Notes under the pieces: generated by a model
Seen by the model: the letters and a program-made list of their open reading frames with translations, nothing else
What the model was told of the DNA's origin: nothing
Database searches by the model: none
In this document: positions 8,134 through 18,323 of the stretch, one piece after another
Numbering within the stretch: position 1 is the first letter of the stretch
How the letters are laid out: each line of letters begins with the position of its first letter
Made by a program: the position numbers and the translations under genes
IMG/VR virus record: IMGVR_UViG_3300040801_006072
Coordinates: 180 to 64,179 of that record
Origin: a virus
DNA length: 64,000 nucleotides
Strand: one strand, 5' to 3'

Positions 8134-10409
8134 TATAACTTACAGCCTCCGTCTGTGCAGTCGTTGTCATCGTCAAATTCAATATCGTCGGATTGTCCGT
8201 CGTATGTGTTGCAGTAATACAAAGTCTTGCCGCCAATTCGATAAAAGTAAATGTCATCTTGTATCATGCGAGACATAGGAATCTCTTCCCCTGCAAAGTT
8301 TTGAGGGTTGTACCATGTGTTTGCTGAAATGGTCTGATCAAAATACTTTTGTGCAATTGCCACAATATTGAGATAGCCAATTGTGTTAGGCATATCCCAC
8401 GCAAGCTCGTATTTATTTTTAAGGCGCGGATAACCGGGAACAACTTGCTTAAGGCGACCTTGTCCAGAACCTTTTACAGTAATGAAGCCGCGTGGTGGCT
8501 CAAATCCATTTGTGCCATTTGCAATTTGTGCAGACGTTTCCGCTGGCATGCCTGCGCTCAGTGTAGAGTTCATCATGCCATGTTCTTTTACTTGTTCACG
8601 TAACCAATCCCAGTCTTGCTTAGGATTGTGCGGAACAACTTCTTCGTCCAGTTCTTTCTTGTAAGTATCAATTGGCATTATGCCAAGGCTGTATTTGGTC
8701 TCGTCGAACTTAGGACAAGGAGCACCTCTTTCCTTAGCAACAGTCATACTTGCCTTCATTAGATAGAATTGGAACGCTTCCATCATCTCGTCCCAGTGCT
8801 CAACGGCACTGTTGTCGGAATATTTGTAATCGTTCTTTGCTAGCCAGTATGCCAAGTTAAAAATGCCAACGCCGATAGGACGACGATTTAAAGTAGCATT
8901 ACGAGCAGCGGCAACTGGATATTCTTGATAGTCTAGCAATTCGTTCAATGCTCTTACTAGCAAATCAAGTGGCTTCTCCATTTCACTTGGTTTCTTGATC
9001 TTACCAAGATTCAGTGCTGACAGAGTACACAGTGCAATTTCGCCGTCCGGGTCGCCTGGATACTTCATTGGCTTAGTTGGTAGTGTAATCTCTGCACACA
9101 GGTTGCTCATTCTAATAGTTGCAATTGCTTCTAAGAAGCTTCCGTGTGTATTCGCATGGTCAACGTTCAGTTTATAAATGCGACCAGTTTCTTTTCGCTG
9201 AGTATGATAAAGAGTAAACAGTTCGACAGCAGGAATGCTTTTCTTCATAATGCTGGTCTTGCGCTCGTACTGTTCGTACAATTCGCGGAACTTCTCTTGA
9301 TCATTAAAGAACGCTTCGTGCATATCTGGCACTTCGTGTGGACTAAACAGGGTTATGTTTTCGCCTTTAATGAGGCGCTCATACATAAGTCCATTGAACT
9401 GAATACCGTAGTCCATGTGTCTTACCGCAGTTTCTTCTGTTCTTGTGTTACTTCGAAGTGTAAGAATGTTTTCAATTTCTAAGTGCCACAAAGGTGCGTA
9501 CAGTGTTGCTGCACCACCACGGACGCCGCCTTGACTACAGCTCTTTACCGCAGACTGGAAAAGACGATAAAATGGCTGTACACCTGTGTGTCGAGTGTCA
9601 CCACCACGAATCTCGCTGTCCACTGCGCGAATGTGTCCGCCTTCGATACCGATGCCTGCTTTGCGACTGATGTAATCCACAATCGCATTTGATGTTGCAT
9701 TAATAGAATCAAGGCTGTCGCCGCATTCAATTAGCACACAAGAACTGAACTGCTTAACCTTTGTTCTCATGCCTGCCATGATAGGAGTCGGCAAACTGAT
9801 ATCACCCTGACTCAGTGCATCGTAAAACTCTTGTACATACTTCAATCTTGTTTCTGCAGGGTAACGATGGAAAAGTGTAGCAGAGATCAAAATGTTAAGA
9901 TACTGCGGAGTCTCGAACACTTTCTTAGTAACACGATTCTGAACCAGATACTTTCCGTGAAACTGCTCCATGCCAGCGAAAGAGTGACTGAAGTCACGAG
10001 TGTGATCGACAATCTTGTCTAGCTCTTCCCATTCTTCTTCCGTATACCAGTCCAAAAGTTTACTGGTGTATAGGCCCTGATTGATATTTCTTTTTACTAG
10101 ATCGAGCAGTGGCCAAGGATCAAACTGTCCTAATGCTTCTTTACGTAGCTGGAACAGACGCAGGCGAGCAGCTACCCACTGATAGTTAGGCGTTTCTTCC
10201 GAGATCAGTTCATGCGCAGTTGCAATCATGATTTCGTGAATTTCGTCAGTGGTAATGCCTGGGTATAACTGTAACTGAGATTTAGTTTCAATCTGTGATA
10301 CAGATACACCACTAATGCCGTCGGTGCCCCAGAAAAGTATTTTATGAATCTTATCGGGATCGAACTCTTCCTTGGTACCATCCCTTTTGGTTACCATGAT
10401 CTGTTTCAT
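8133..10409 (-). CDS. nrdA: ribonucleotide reductase class Ia alpha subunit with ATP cone
   Basis: N-terminal VTKRDG ATP cone; PTPIMAG, FSSCVL, SNLCAEI and C-terminal CTDGGCKL; no intein-size insertion. Confidence 0.97.
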   Translation of the reverse strand: MKQIMVTKRDGTKEEFDPDKIHKILFWGTDGISGVSVSQIETKSQLQLYPGITTDEIHEIMIATAHELISEETPNYQWVAARLRLFQLRKEALGQFDPWPLLDLVKRNINQGLYTSKLLDWYTEEEWEELDKIVDHTRDFSHSFAGMEQFHGKYLVQNRVTKKVFETPQYLNILISATLFHRYPAETRLKYVQEFYDALSQGDISLPTPIMAGMRTKVKQFSSCVLIECGDSLDSINATSNAIVDYISRKAGIGIEGGHIRAVDSEIRGGDTRHTGVQPFYRLFQSAVKSCSQGGVRGGAATLYAPLWHLEIENILTLRSNTRTEETAVRHMDYGIQFNGLMYERLIKGENITLFSPHEVPDMHEAFFNDQEKFRELYEQYERKTSIMKKSIPAVELFTLYHTQRKETGRIYKLNVDHANTHGSFLEAIATIRMSNLCAEITLPTKPMKYPGDPDGEIALCTLSALNLGKIKKPSEMEKPLDLLVRALNELLDYQEYPVAAARNATLNRRPIGVGIFNLAYWLAKNDYKYSDNSAVEHWDEMMEAFQFYLMKASMTVAKERGAPCPKFDETKYSLGIMPIDTYKKELDEEVVPHNPKQDWDWLREQVKEHGMMNSTLSAGMPAETSAQIANGTNGFEPPRGFITVKGSGQGRLKQVVPGYPRLKNKYELAWDMPNTIGYLNIVAIAQKYFDQTISANTWYNPQNFAGEEIPMSRMIQDDIYFYRIGGKTLYYCNTYDGQSDDIEFDDDNDCTDGGCKL

Positions 10410-10422
10410 ATACTTTCCTTGG

Positions 10423-10854
10423 TTATGATATCTGTTTTATTTGTTTGTCAAAAGTGTCTAGAACTTTTAGATTAGATTGCAGATTTGCCAATTTACTTAT
10501 CGTGCCTAGTTCGTAGTTAAGTACGTCTTGATTGTCTACGACCGCCACTAAGAAACGGTCACTGCCGTCGTCTATTAACCAAATAGCAACGTCGTGATCT
10601 AAAAGTTTTAGAGTATAATAAATTAGAAGACTAATGGTGTTTTCGCAGAACTCTTCGTAGTAAAGAATTTCCCACGGCAAGGGCCAAGCCTCTGGCGTGT
10701 AAAAGTCTATGCTTCGGGTACCTATCGGAACGTCGCGAAAAAAATCTGCAACAGATTCTTTCTGCTGTTCTTTGTCCAGTGATGCAATCTGATTACGAAA
10801 ATCTTTCCACAGATCACACCTCTGTTGAGAGGATAGGTTATTCCACTTTGACAC
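10423..10854 (-). CDS. hypothetical protein
   Basis: 143-aa ORF with DFYTPEAWPLPWEIL. Confidence 0.7.
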   Translation of the reverse strand: MSKWNNLSSQQRCDLWKDFRNQIASLDKEQQKESVADFFRDVPIGTRSIDFYTPEAWPLPWEILYYEEFCENTISLLIYYTLKLLDHDVAIWLIDDGSDRFLVAVVDNQDVLNYELGTISKLANLQSNLKVLDTFDKQIKQIS

Positions 10855-10883
10855 AGTCTATCTTATTATTATGTGTTTTGTGT

Positions 10884-11993
10884 TTATGTCAGGCCAGTGC
10901 CTGTTTTCCATGAGTCTAAGGTGTAAGTCATAGTCAAGTCAGCAATGTCGTTGTTTCGAACTACAAGCTGAACAACGTCACTTGACCCGATTGTGGTTAG
11001 CCTTGCCTCAAAGAATAAAGTAGATGTACCACCTACTTCAAGAAACTCATCTGTAACTTGTGCCGGGTTTGGTGTGGCACTTGGGTTACTAACAATTTGC
11101 AGGGTCCCTGTTCTGGAATAATCTCCTGCAACATTGTTCATACTGTAGTCTACAAAATATGCATCCGCAGTATCAAAAGCTGAATTAAATATTAACACAC
11201 CTTCGGGTGTGCTGTCAACTGGAATGTCTACCTGTCGAAGTGGATTTGCGGCTTCCACTACCGCAGTGGTAGTCTCCGTAAAGATCTCAATGTTCTGAGA
11301 AACTGTTGCAATACCGAGTGGTCCGTTATTGGCCTCGTAAATGTCATTCATCAATGACGCAATTGCACCAGTGTCTTCTGTTGTAAATTCGTTTGATAGA
11401 ATAGGTGGACCCATGCCTGGGATTAGATCACCTACATTACGATAATCGTTTGTTATGCCGTCATCGGAGAATTGAAGATCTAAGAATTCGTTTGGACGAG
11501 AGCCATCTATAGAAATTCCTACGTATGCTTGTGTAACTTGATCAGGAGTAAGCAAATTGTTCAGTGTAGTCAGGTCAGGAAGTGGAGGACTAACAACGCC
11601 TGGAACCGGAGACTGACTGTTAATATATCCTAGGTACGCCCTAGTATAATATTGATAGGTACCTGGGGATACCGAAGAATCTACCAAGTTCACTAGTACA
11701 AAGAAATCGCATAGCGTGGCCAATGTTTCGTATATAGGAAGAATATCGGGGTTTCTGTCTGGAAACGCCACAGCCACAATGTGCTCATTTAAATAACTGT
11801 TGCCAATGTCCGGTGTTGCCTGATCTCGATACAGTTCGATAGTGAGTGGCAATCCTGAACCGGTTGGTCCTGCACCTATGAAAAGTTGTCCAGTATCTAA
11901 ACAAAATCCTAGTTCAGCAGGAGCCAGCGGCTGAGGTAAATTTCTTCTCAGTCCACTCTTCTGTTGAAGTTTGGCAATAATCTGATCAGTCAT
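10884..11993 (-). CDS. putative virion structural protein; N-terminus paralogous to 15550-17577
   Basis: IIAKLQQKSGLRRNLPQPLAPAELGF, an Mtd_N-like fibre anchor motif. Confidence 0.7.
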   Translation of the reverse strand: MTDQIIAKLQQKSGLRRNLPQPLAPAELGFCLDTGQLFIGAGPTGSGLPLTIELYRDQATPDIGNSYLNEHIVAVAFPDRNPDILPIYETLATLCDFFVLVNLVDSSVSPGTYQYYTRAYLGYINSQSPVPGVVSPPLPDLTTLNNLLTPDQVTQAYVGISIDGSRPNEFLDLQFSDDGITNDYRNVGDLIPGMGPPILSNEFTTEDTGAIASLMNDIYEANNGPLGIATVSQNIEIFTETTTAVVEAANPLRQVDIPVDSTPEGVLIFNSAFDTADAYFVDYSMNNVAGDYSRTGTLQIVSNPSATPNPAQVTDEFLEVGGTSTLFFEARLTTIGSSDVVQLVVRNNDIADLTMTYTLDSWKTGTGLT

Positions 11994-14900
11994 TAAGGAT
12001 TACTCACCAGCTTGTTCTTGAGGTGATAACGATATGTACCTGTTACTGTTCTGCCTGCGTCTGCAACATTAAACAGCAGTCTACCTGATCTACCAATAAC
12101 TACTTCGCCCGCTGCTGGAGTTGCAGTTGGATCAGTAATTATAACAGCAGGTGTGCCGTCTAGGAATATCTGTCTAACACCATCGTCATATTCATATGTA
12201 GACAAATCACGGAAGTTGTTATCATTGACCAGTCCGTCTACCTCAACATACAGTGAAGTGTCGGTATAATCCAGTACAACATTGTCTACTTCCATTGGGT
12301 GGTTTAGTTCCCAGCGGTGTGCAACAACCATATCATCGGAGTTTGCACCATAAGTATGAACTGTTACTGAATTTCTTAGTAGAGTAATGGCGCCTGCAGT
12401 TCTTGAAATTTCCCAATCATCATTTGGGTCAAAATCAGTTATTGTAGAAATGTTAGTTACTACACCGTTGTCTACTACCCAAAGATCGACAACACCAGCA
12501 GTATTATCAGTTCCGTCTAGCTCGAGCATCATACCAATATATGGAAGGCCTGAGACAACCGAATTAAGCTGTGAATCACTTAGCCATGTTGCTTTATCAG
12601 CATCTCTCACAATACCGAAGAAAGACTCTTGGCTAAATGCTCCGCCAGTTCGGAAGTGCGGATATAGATTGAATCTAATCGAAAAATCACCGGTTAGTAC
12701 CTGCTGCGAGAAATCACCAAACTGGTCTGCAACTCTAGCTGTTGTGGTGCTGCCGGTCCATCCTGGTTCCGAGAATCTGCTAGCAGATGATTTACTGTTC
12801 ATATGCAGTGGTTCGCCTACTACGGCGCCTGCGGCTACACCTGGCACAGTTGCAGGAACAAACGTATCGCCTTCGATGCTTCCCCATACGTGAGCTTTTA
12901 GTTCGTAATCAAACCTAGTAGCATCGTCTTTGAAGATTCCGTCAGCAACATAAACGTCATAGAAATCAGTAACAATAAAGTTGCCCGGGTCAGCAGGTGA
13001 TCCTGCGTCCTCTTCAAAACGAATTTGTAGACCGTCAATTAGCGTTTCGTCACCAACATGAGTTACTTTACTGTTTGGGTTGCCTAGTACCCAGTTCGCT
13101 CCGTCCCAGCCAAATTCATCGTAGATGTCAAATGGGCCGCCGCGGAAGTCATCGCTTGACACATCTTCGTTTGCCATATGATAAATCATCCAACGGTAAT
13201 CGCCTGCAGAGTTCGCTCTAATCTGAGAAATATATAATCCTTGTCCGAGGTATTCTGCTGCGGAGTATATTCCTTCGAAACTACCAAAGTTCACTCGGAT
13301 GGCTGGGTCACCCGCTTGTCGATCTACCAAGGACGCTTGCGATTGACTAGCGTTAATAGCATTACCTACGATAATCCATTCTTTGTCGTTAGTGGAATCA
13401 TATACCGGGCAAAAATTACATCTCTCTAATCCCGTAGTGCCGCCAATTGTAGGGGATCCCCAATCTACAAATCGGAATCCGTCGTCGTCGTATTCATTGA
13501 CTACCCATGTATAATTCGGCGTTTCACCAGTAGGGAAAATATTTCTTACTGCGAACCCTTGTAAATTCGGAGTTTCAGTTACAGTATTTAGGAATACTTC
13601 GTCCGATGTGCTACCTGCAGATCCATCGATACTCCACCAAGTTAGTTGCCCGGCAGTAACAGTATCGTTAAAGCTGGTAGGTGTTAAGATTGCGAAACGC
13701 TCAAATGTTGGATTATCACGGAATGCCCAGTAGTCAAATATTAGGCCATTCATGTTCGCTTCGTTTGCACCGTTAGCCGTTACTCCATCGGTGTCAGCAA
13801 AACCTGTAATCAAGAATTGGTTAGCTGTAGAATTATTCAGTACAGTCCAGTTAGCACCTTGGTCGTCTGAATAGCAAAACTCTTGTCCGAAAATTGCATA
13901 CCAACGTTCGCCGTTGTTAATTCTTAAATCACTGTAGCGAGTGTTAGTACAAATGCCGTAACACGCAGTTGCGTTCTGTACACCAGCTGGTGTAATTTGA
14001 GTCACTGTCCACGAAGAACTTAACGGAGTTCTATCAATTCTCCATAGACCCGTTGCGGCACATGCTACCAATATTGTTCCGTCTTCGAATGTTCTTACCT
14101 GTCTGATATCAGTACAAGGCAGTGCAGGAGTCGAAAGTGTGTCAATAGTCAACTGATCTGCTTTTGCATTGATATTCAGCACATTGATACCGTCTGTGTC
14201 CCAGGATACAAATTCTGGGAAAGCATATCTTTGAATTACAGCTTTTCTACCAGGTACTGTTACAGTTCTAGCTCGCTCAAATTCTCTAGCCTGACAACCA
14301 TGTACTCTCTCGATTATGTCTTCCGGCTTGCGATTAATTTCGTCTGGTAGCCAAGGGATGTCGACATCATTGCCTTGGAAACCACCGGAACCTGCAAAGC
14401 CTACGTAACTTCTTCTGGAAAACTTATATTCTGCTGTACCTACGGCACCACCTGTTGTGATTTCAATTTTGTATAGGCTAGGAAGACCTGGACCTGTCCA
14501 GCTAGTATCTGTAGTTATAGTGTCAGAAACAATTGCTGAACCCAAACTAGTACCAACGTTTGCTGCATCCAAGAATGGCCTCACAGAAGCAAACGGTGGT
14601 TGAGTAACCGACTGTGCTCGCAAGAAAGTGTTTTGGACAACAGTGTCTGTTGGTCTTCTTAGATCAATTTGATGAGTAACACGATTAGCAGTAAAAGGTG
14701 CTGGCGGCGAAGCAATGTTACTTGTTAACTGTACTCCGGAGAAGAATGAACCTACTGAGTCATTAAGATCAAAGTTTCTGTTAAACTGAATATATCCTTC
14801 GAGCTGGCTTTGGCCGCTTCGGCCTGCACCAGAACCGAAACCATTGTTAAAGTTTCTTCCGGGTGCCAACTGAGGTCTTTCAATAAGACCTTCAGGAAAA

Positions 14901-15550
14901 GATGCACCAATGCCGCCAATTGAGCGATCTAGCGCCTGCTGCAAAAGTTCATCAGTTGTATATTCGAGATCAGGAGCATACTGTGCTGCTTCGTCTGTGT
15001 CTAAAAACAGCTGATATCTTGCAGTCAGAATTTCGCTGGTTGTTTGAGTACATGGAGTAGTCAACGGAGCAACCGAGAACAATTCGTTCGTGTTAACGTT
15101 ACCATCAGGAGCAATCAGGAATGTATTGATTATTCTTGTATTAGTTGTAGGCGGATCCCAACGGTTCTGCCATTGCCAAAACGCAGGATTAGAGCCACCT
15201 GGATCAATAAATTCGACCTGTGGTATGCCAGTGATAACGTCACCGAATATTCCGTCAATCGTATCGGACGTTGTGTCATTTGAGAAACTGTTCACATTGA
15301 AAGACGACGCTGTTTTTCCTTGATATTTTCTAGAAGTCAGTACAATTCGAACACCTGAGCTTATTGATGTTTCTCCGGTAGTAGAATTCCTCGATAAGAC
15401 AACAACGGGGTTATCGACAATGATTTTTTGAAAAACTGCATAACTAACATCATTCTCGATTTCGAATGTTTCTAGCTCTTCTATAGGACGCCATTCGCCA
15501 TCAACGAATTCTGCTTTATGCTTAGTTACTGTGTATAATCCTCTTGGCAT
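11993..15550 (-). CDS. large putative virion structural protein (1185 aa, T/G/D-rich, beta-rich)
   Basis: Long ORF translationally coupled within the structural block. Confidence 0.7.
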   Translation of the reverse strand: MPRGLYTVTKHKAEFVDGEWRPIEELETFEIENDVSYAVFQKIIVDNPVVVLSRNSTTGETSISSGVRIVLTSRKYQGKTASSFNVNSFSNDTTSDTIDGIFGDVITGIPQVEFIDPGGSNPAFWQWQNRWDPPTTNTRIINTFLIAPDGNVNTNELFSVAPLTTPCTQTTSEILTARYQLFLDTDEAAQYAPDLEYTTDELLQQALDRSIGGIGASFPEGLIERPQLAPGRNFNNGFGSGAGRSGQSQLEGYIQFNRNFDLNDSVGSFFSGVQLTSNIASPPAPFTANRVTHQIDLRRPTDTVVQNTFLRAQSVTQPPFASVRPFLDAANVGTSLGSAIVSDTITTDTSWTGPGLPSLYKIEITTGGAVGTAEYKFSRRSYVGFAGSGGFQGNDVDIPWLPDEINRKPEDIIERVHGCQAREFERARTVTVPGRKAVIQRYAFPEFVSWDTDGINVLNINAKADQLTIDTLSTPALPCTDIRQVRTFEDGTILVACAATGLWRIDRTPLSSSWTVTQITPAGVQNATACYGICTNTRYSDLRINNGERWYAIFGQEFCYSDDQGANWTVLNNSTANQFLITGFADTDGVTANGANEANMNGLIFDYWAFRDNPTFERFAILTPTSFNDTVTAGQLTWWSIDGSAGSTSDEVFLNTVTETPNLQGFAVRNIFPTGETPNYTWVVNEYDDDGFRFVDWGSPTIGGTTGLERCNFCPVYDSTNDKEWIIVGNAINASQSQASLVDRQAGDPAIRVNFGSFEGIYSAAEYLGQGLYISQIRANSAGDYRWMIYHMANEDVSSDDFRGGPFDIYDEFGWDGANWVLGNPNSKVTHVGDETLIDGLQIRFEEDAGSPADPGNFIVTDFYDVYVADGIFKDDATRFDYELKAHVWGSIEGDTFVPATVPGVAAGAVVGEPLHMNSKSSASRFSEPGWTGSTTTARVADQFGDFSQQVLTGDFSIRFNLYPHFRTGGAFSQESFFGIVRDADKATWLSDSQLNSVVSGLPYIGMMLELDGTDNTAGVVDLWVVDNGVVTNISTITDFDPNDDWEISRTAGAITLLRNSVTVHTYGANSDDMVVAHRWELNHPMEVDNVVLDYTDTSLYVEVDGLVNDNNFRDLSTYEYDDGVRQIFLDGTPAVIITDPTATPAAGEVVIGRSGRLLFNVADAGRTVTGTYRYHLKNKLVSNP

Positions 15551-17577
15551 TAAGGTCCACCTATATTAATTCCGTTTAATCGTTCGACAAAGAAGTCAGT
15601 TAATTCTGCTCCTTCGCCTTGAATCTGGGCGCCGCTTGTATCGCTTGCTTGCTCTTGCGGCAAAATTGTTACTTTTGATAAGTTAAAATCATTAAAAAAT
15701 ACACCGGTTGCCTGTATAGGTGCGCCGGATTGATCTTGTGCAATTACTGTTTCAATTCCTATTCTTCCTATATCAACCGTGATGCTGGCGCGATCGCTGC
15801 CAATTGCACAAGTACGACTAGTATTTATAACTGAACTTTGTTTATTTATCTGTCCAGAAAGCACACGGTCTCTAGCAAAATACAGCTTTGGAGCGCCTAG
15901 TCCAAGTGGTCTCCACACTGCGGCAACAGTATAATAAGCGGTCGGACTAACCGGTATGTTTGCATAGTTTCGATCTTTGCCTGGCACAAATTCGATCAGT
16001 ACAAAATCGTCGCCGTCGACTCGGTAGACATTTGTTCCGATGTAGTTGACGCTGGCTGGGTCAGTGATAAACTCTGCATCTGGCGGCCAATTCCAAAAAA
16101 TCTGTTCAGTATTTGGATCTGGTGTCTGGCACGGTGGAGTCTGTATTACTGGTTCACCCGATGGATCTAGTATTAGGTCAGTTACAAACAGTGCTGCTGG
16201 TCGTTCATTTTCACTCGAACTTGCAGTGCCGCCGAATCCAGGCTGGCCAACTAGTACCTCGCCTTCACCGGCAATTGTTAATGTTTCTGCCTGCGGCACA
16301 CGAACAATCTCGACTTCATCAGAAAGTACCACACTGTTAAACGGATCGGTTACTGTGACTCTTAACACAGTTCCGGTTGCAGGCTGAGCTTGCAGTATTA
16401 GACCGGTTACTTGTTCTCCAGGGTTACTAATGGTGACTGGGTCACCTGACACATACTCCCACAAGAATGTAAAGGTCGATGTGTCCATTATCTCATCGCC
16501 CTGTGGATCAAATGTTCTAACATCTACCTGCGTTAGGACACCACATATGACCTGCTGGTCTTCACTAATCTCAATCGCAGCAAGAACCGGGCCGCTCGGT
16601 GCTAGATCATCAGCAACACTTGGCCACCTAACTACTCGGTATGTCATGATCATATCGAGACAGTTATTGTTTTCAGCAACCAGTGAAACAGTGTTAGAAG
16701 CACCTGCAAAAGTGGTGTCTACTCTGAAGTTAAGGGTTGCAGTAGTCGTACCCTGTAACTCGGTAAAAAATGTATTAAATTCGGCGTCTACAGAGGCCGC
16801 TGCGACGTTTATGCGCCCTACTCTAGCATACTCACAGGTTTCGCTTACTAGGCTATAATCTATGCTTAATCCTGTGATTGGAGGATAATCAAAGTTCAGT
16901 ACTTCTTTTTCTGCTGCATCTATTCGTATGCTTGTCGGTGCTGCTTCAGTAGCACGAATTGTGGCTCGCTGAATTTCGATGTTGTCAAGTGTATTAACTA
17001 GTCCCAGGCTACCGTGAATAGTGTTTATAAGTTCACTGATGCACCCAATATCTTCGCCTGTGTAGAATGCATCTACATTTGGATCTGCAACATCGCCTCT
17101 AGCTGGCAGCGGGTTAAGGTAGAAATTTTGAAACTGAGTGATTTCACCTACCCAGGTTTCTGTGCCGAGGCCTGCACCAGGTTTGCTTCCTGGTGCTGTC
17201 TGATATCCTACATATGCTCTTTCAACTACTCGTACAGTTTTTGCATTATCCGGATTATCTAAAACAGTTCTGGTCGCAATGCAAAAATAGTCTGCGCCAG
17301 TATCAGCAAGAATAGTATTCGGGTCAAACGTGTCGTTGAAAGTAGGAGGATCAATAAAAAGGATATGATCGTCGATGTACAGATTCGCAATTCCAATATC
17401 GTTAGAATCGTACAGACGCGTGGTTAGGGTGACTGTGCTGTTTGGGTCTTGAGAATTTGCACCAATATAAATCTGTTCGGTGTCTTCAGTGAATCCAATC
17501 TCACCCTGGCTTAGAGGCTGCGGAAGCTCTCGACGTTCGCCTCGGCGATTTTGAATACGAGCAATGATATCTGCCAT
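15550..17577 (-). CDS. putative virion structural protein with Mtd_N-like N-terminus and Ig-like segment
   Basis: IIARIQNRRGERRELPQPLSQGEIGF; FLWEYVSG...LRVTVTD Ig-like strand pattern. Confidence 0.7.
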   Translation of the reverse strand: MADIIARIQNRRGERRELPQPLSQGEIGFTEDTEQIYIGANSQDPNSTVTLTTRLYDSNDIGIANLYIDDHILFIDPPTFNDTFDPNTILADTGADYFCIATRTVLDNPDNAKTVRVVERAYVGYQTAPGSKPGAGLGTETWVGEITQFQNFYLNPLPARGDVADPNVDAFYTGEDIGCISELINTIHGSLGLVNTLDNIEIQRATIRATEAAPTSIRIDAAEKEVLNFDYPPITGLSIDYSLVSETCEYARVGRINVAAASVDAEFNTFFTELQGTTTATLNFRVDTTFAGASNTVSLVAENNNCLDMIMTYRVVRWPSVADDLAPSGPVLAAIEISEDQQVICGVLTQVDVRTFDPQGDEIMDTSTFTFLWEYVSGDPVTISNPGEQVTGLILQAQPATGTVLRVTVTDPFNSVVLSDEVEIVRVPQAETLTIAGEGEVLVGQPGFGGTASSSENERPAALFVTDLILDPSGEPVIQTPPCQTPDPNTEQIFWNWPPDAEFITDPASVNYIGTNVYRVDGDDFVLIEFVPGKDRNYANIPVSPTAYYTVAAVWRPLGLGAPKLYFARDRVLSGQINKQSSVINTSRTCAIGSDRASITVDIGRIGIETVIAQDQSGAPIQATGVFFNDFNLSKVTILPQEQASDTSGAQIQGEGAELTDFFVERLNGINIGGP

Positions 17578-17616
17578 TTGTACATCCTAACCGTTTTGTG
17601 TATTTATCTAGGTTTA

Positions 17617-18282
17617 CTAGATTCCAAACTGGTCGTAGAACGTGTACAAACGATCGTACCACTTCTCCTTGTATTCTCTGAATTCTGCGCCTTCTATTAC
17701 GAACTCTAAATAATGCCCTGTATGGCAGCCCATCATAATCACGCCTTTTTCGATCTGACCGTCGAACATAGCATTGTGTGCTTCTGCGTATGCTGCTAGC
17801 TGCAAGAAGTAATCTTCAATCCATTCTTTCTTTTTGAACTTACGTGAATTTTTAAAATCCATGATTGCCGGCTTGCCATCGTGCACACCAACAAGGTCAG
17901 TTGTGCCTGCATACAGTTCCGGATTGAATAGACCAACTTCTACGCCCCATACTTCGTCAACTTTCGATAGCCCGCGCTTAATGATCATATCTGTCATTAA
18001 ACGAGTTAGCATATTTCCTTCAGGCTTAGTGCCTTCTAGAATATAGTTTTCTAAGTTAAGGTGTAGTTGGTTACCAATGTTAACTGCTTGCTTGACAATT
18101 CTGTCGGCTTCTTCTTCGCCTACAGATTCTCGCCATTTAACTAGAAAGGATTTGTCTTTGGTATTATCTAGGACAGTAGTAACGGACGGCAAAGATCTGC
18201 CTTCGCCTACTATGTAGTGTCGACCGTGTTTTCCTTCTGTTCTTTGGAGTTCTCTATACTTATACGGGTTGGTCAAAGTCAT
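17617..18282 (-). CDS. PD-(D/E)XK exonuclease (Cas4/MGME1-like)
   Basis: LPSVTTVL, GNQLH, YAGTTDLVG, IMDFKNS and YFLQLAAYA; ends TAG TAA. Confidence 0.85.
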   Translation of the reverse strand: MTLTNPYKYRELQRTEGKHGRHYIVGEGRSLPSVTTVLDNTKDKSFLVKWRESVGEEEADRIVKQAVNIGNQLHLNLENYILEGTKPEGNMLTRLMTDMIIKRGLSKVDEVWGVEVGLFNPELYAGTTDLVGVHDGKPAIMDFKNSRKFKKKEWIEDYFLQLAAYAEAHNAMFDGQIEKGVIMMGCHTGHYLEFVIEGAEFREYKEKWYDRLYTFYDQFGI

Positions 18283-18288
18283 AGGAAG

Positions 18289-18317
18289 ATTATACGCGAA
18301 AGTCTAAAGAAAGTCAA
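18289..18317 (-). promoter_or_regulatory. sigma70-type promoter for the exonuclease
   Basis: TTGACT-17 nt-TATAAT, 7 nt upstream of the ATG at 18282. Confidence 0.75.
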
Positions 18318-18323
18318 CCGGTG

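Noticed and set aside
17617-18282. CRISPR-Cas locus suggested by the Cas4-like nuclease
   Set aside because: No repeat-spacer array or other cas genes were seen. Such PD-(D/E)XK exonucleases are common stand-alone genes in large phages.
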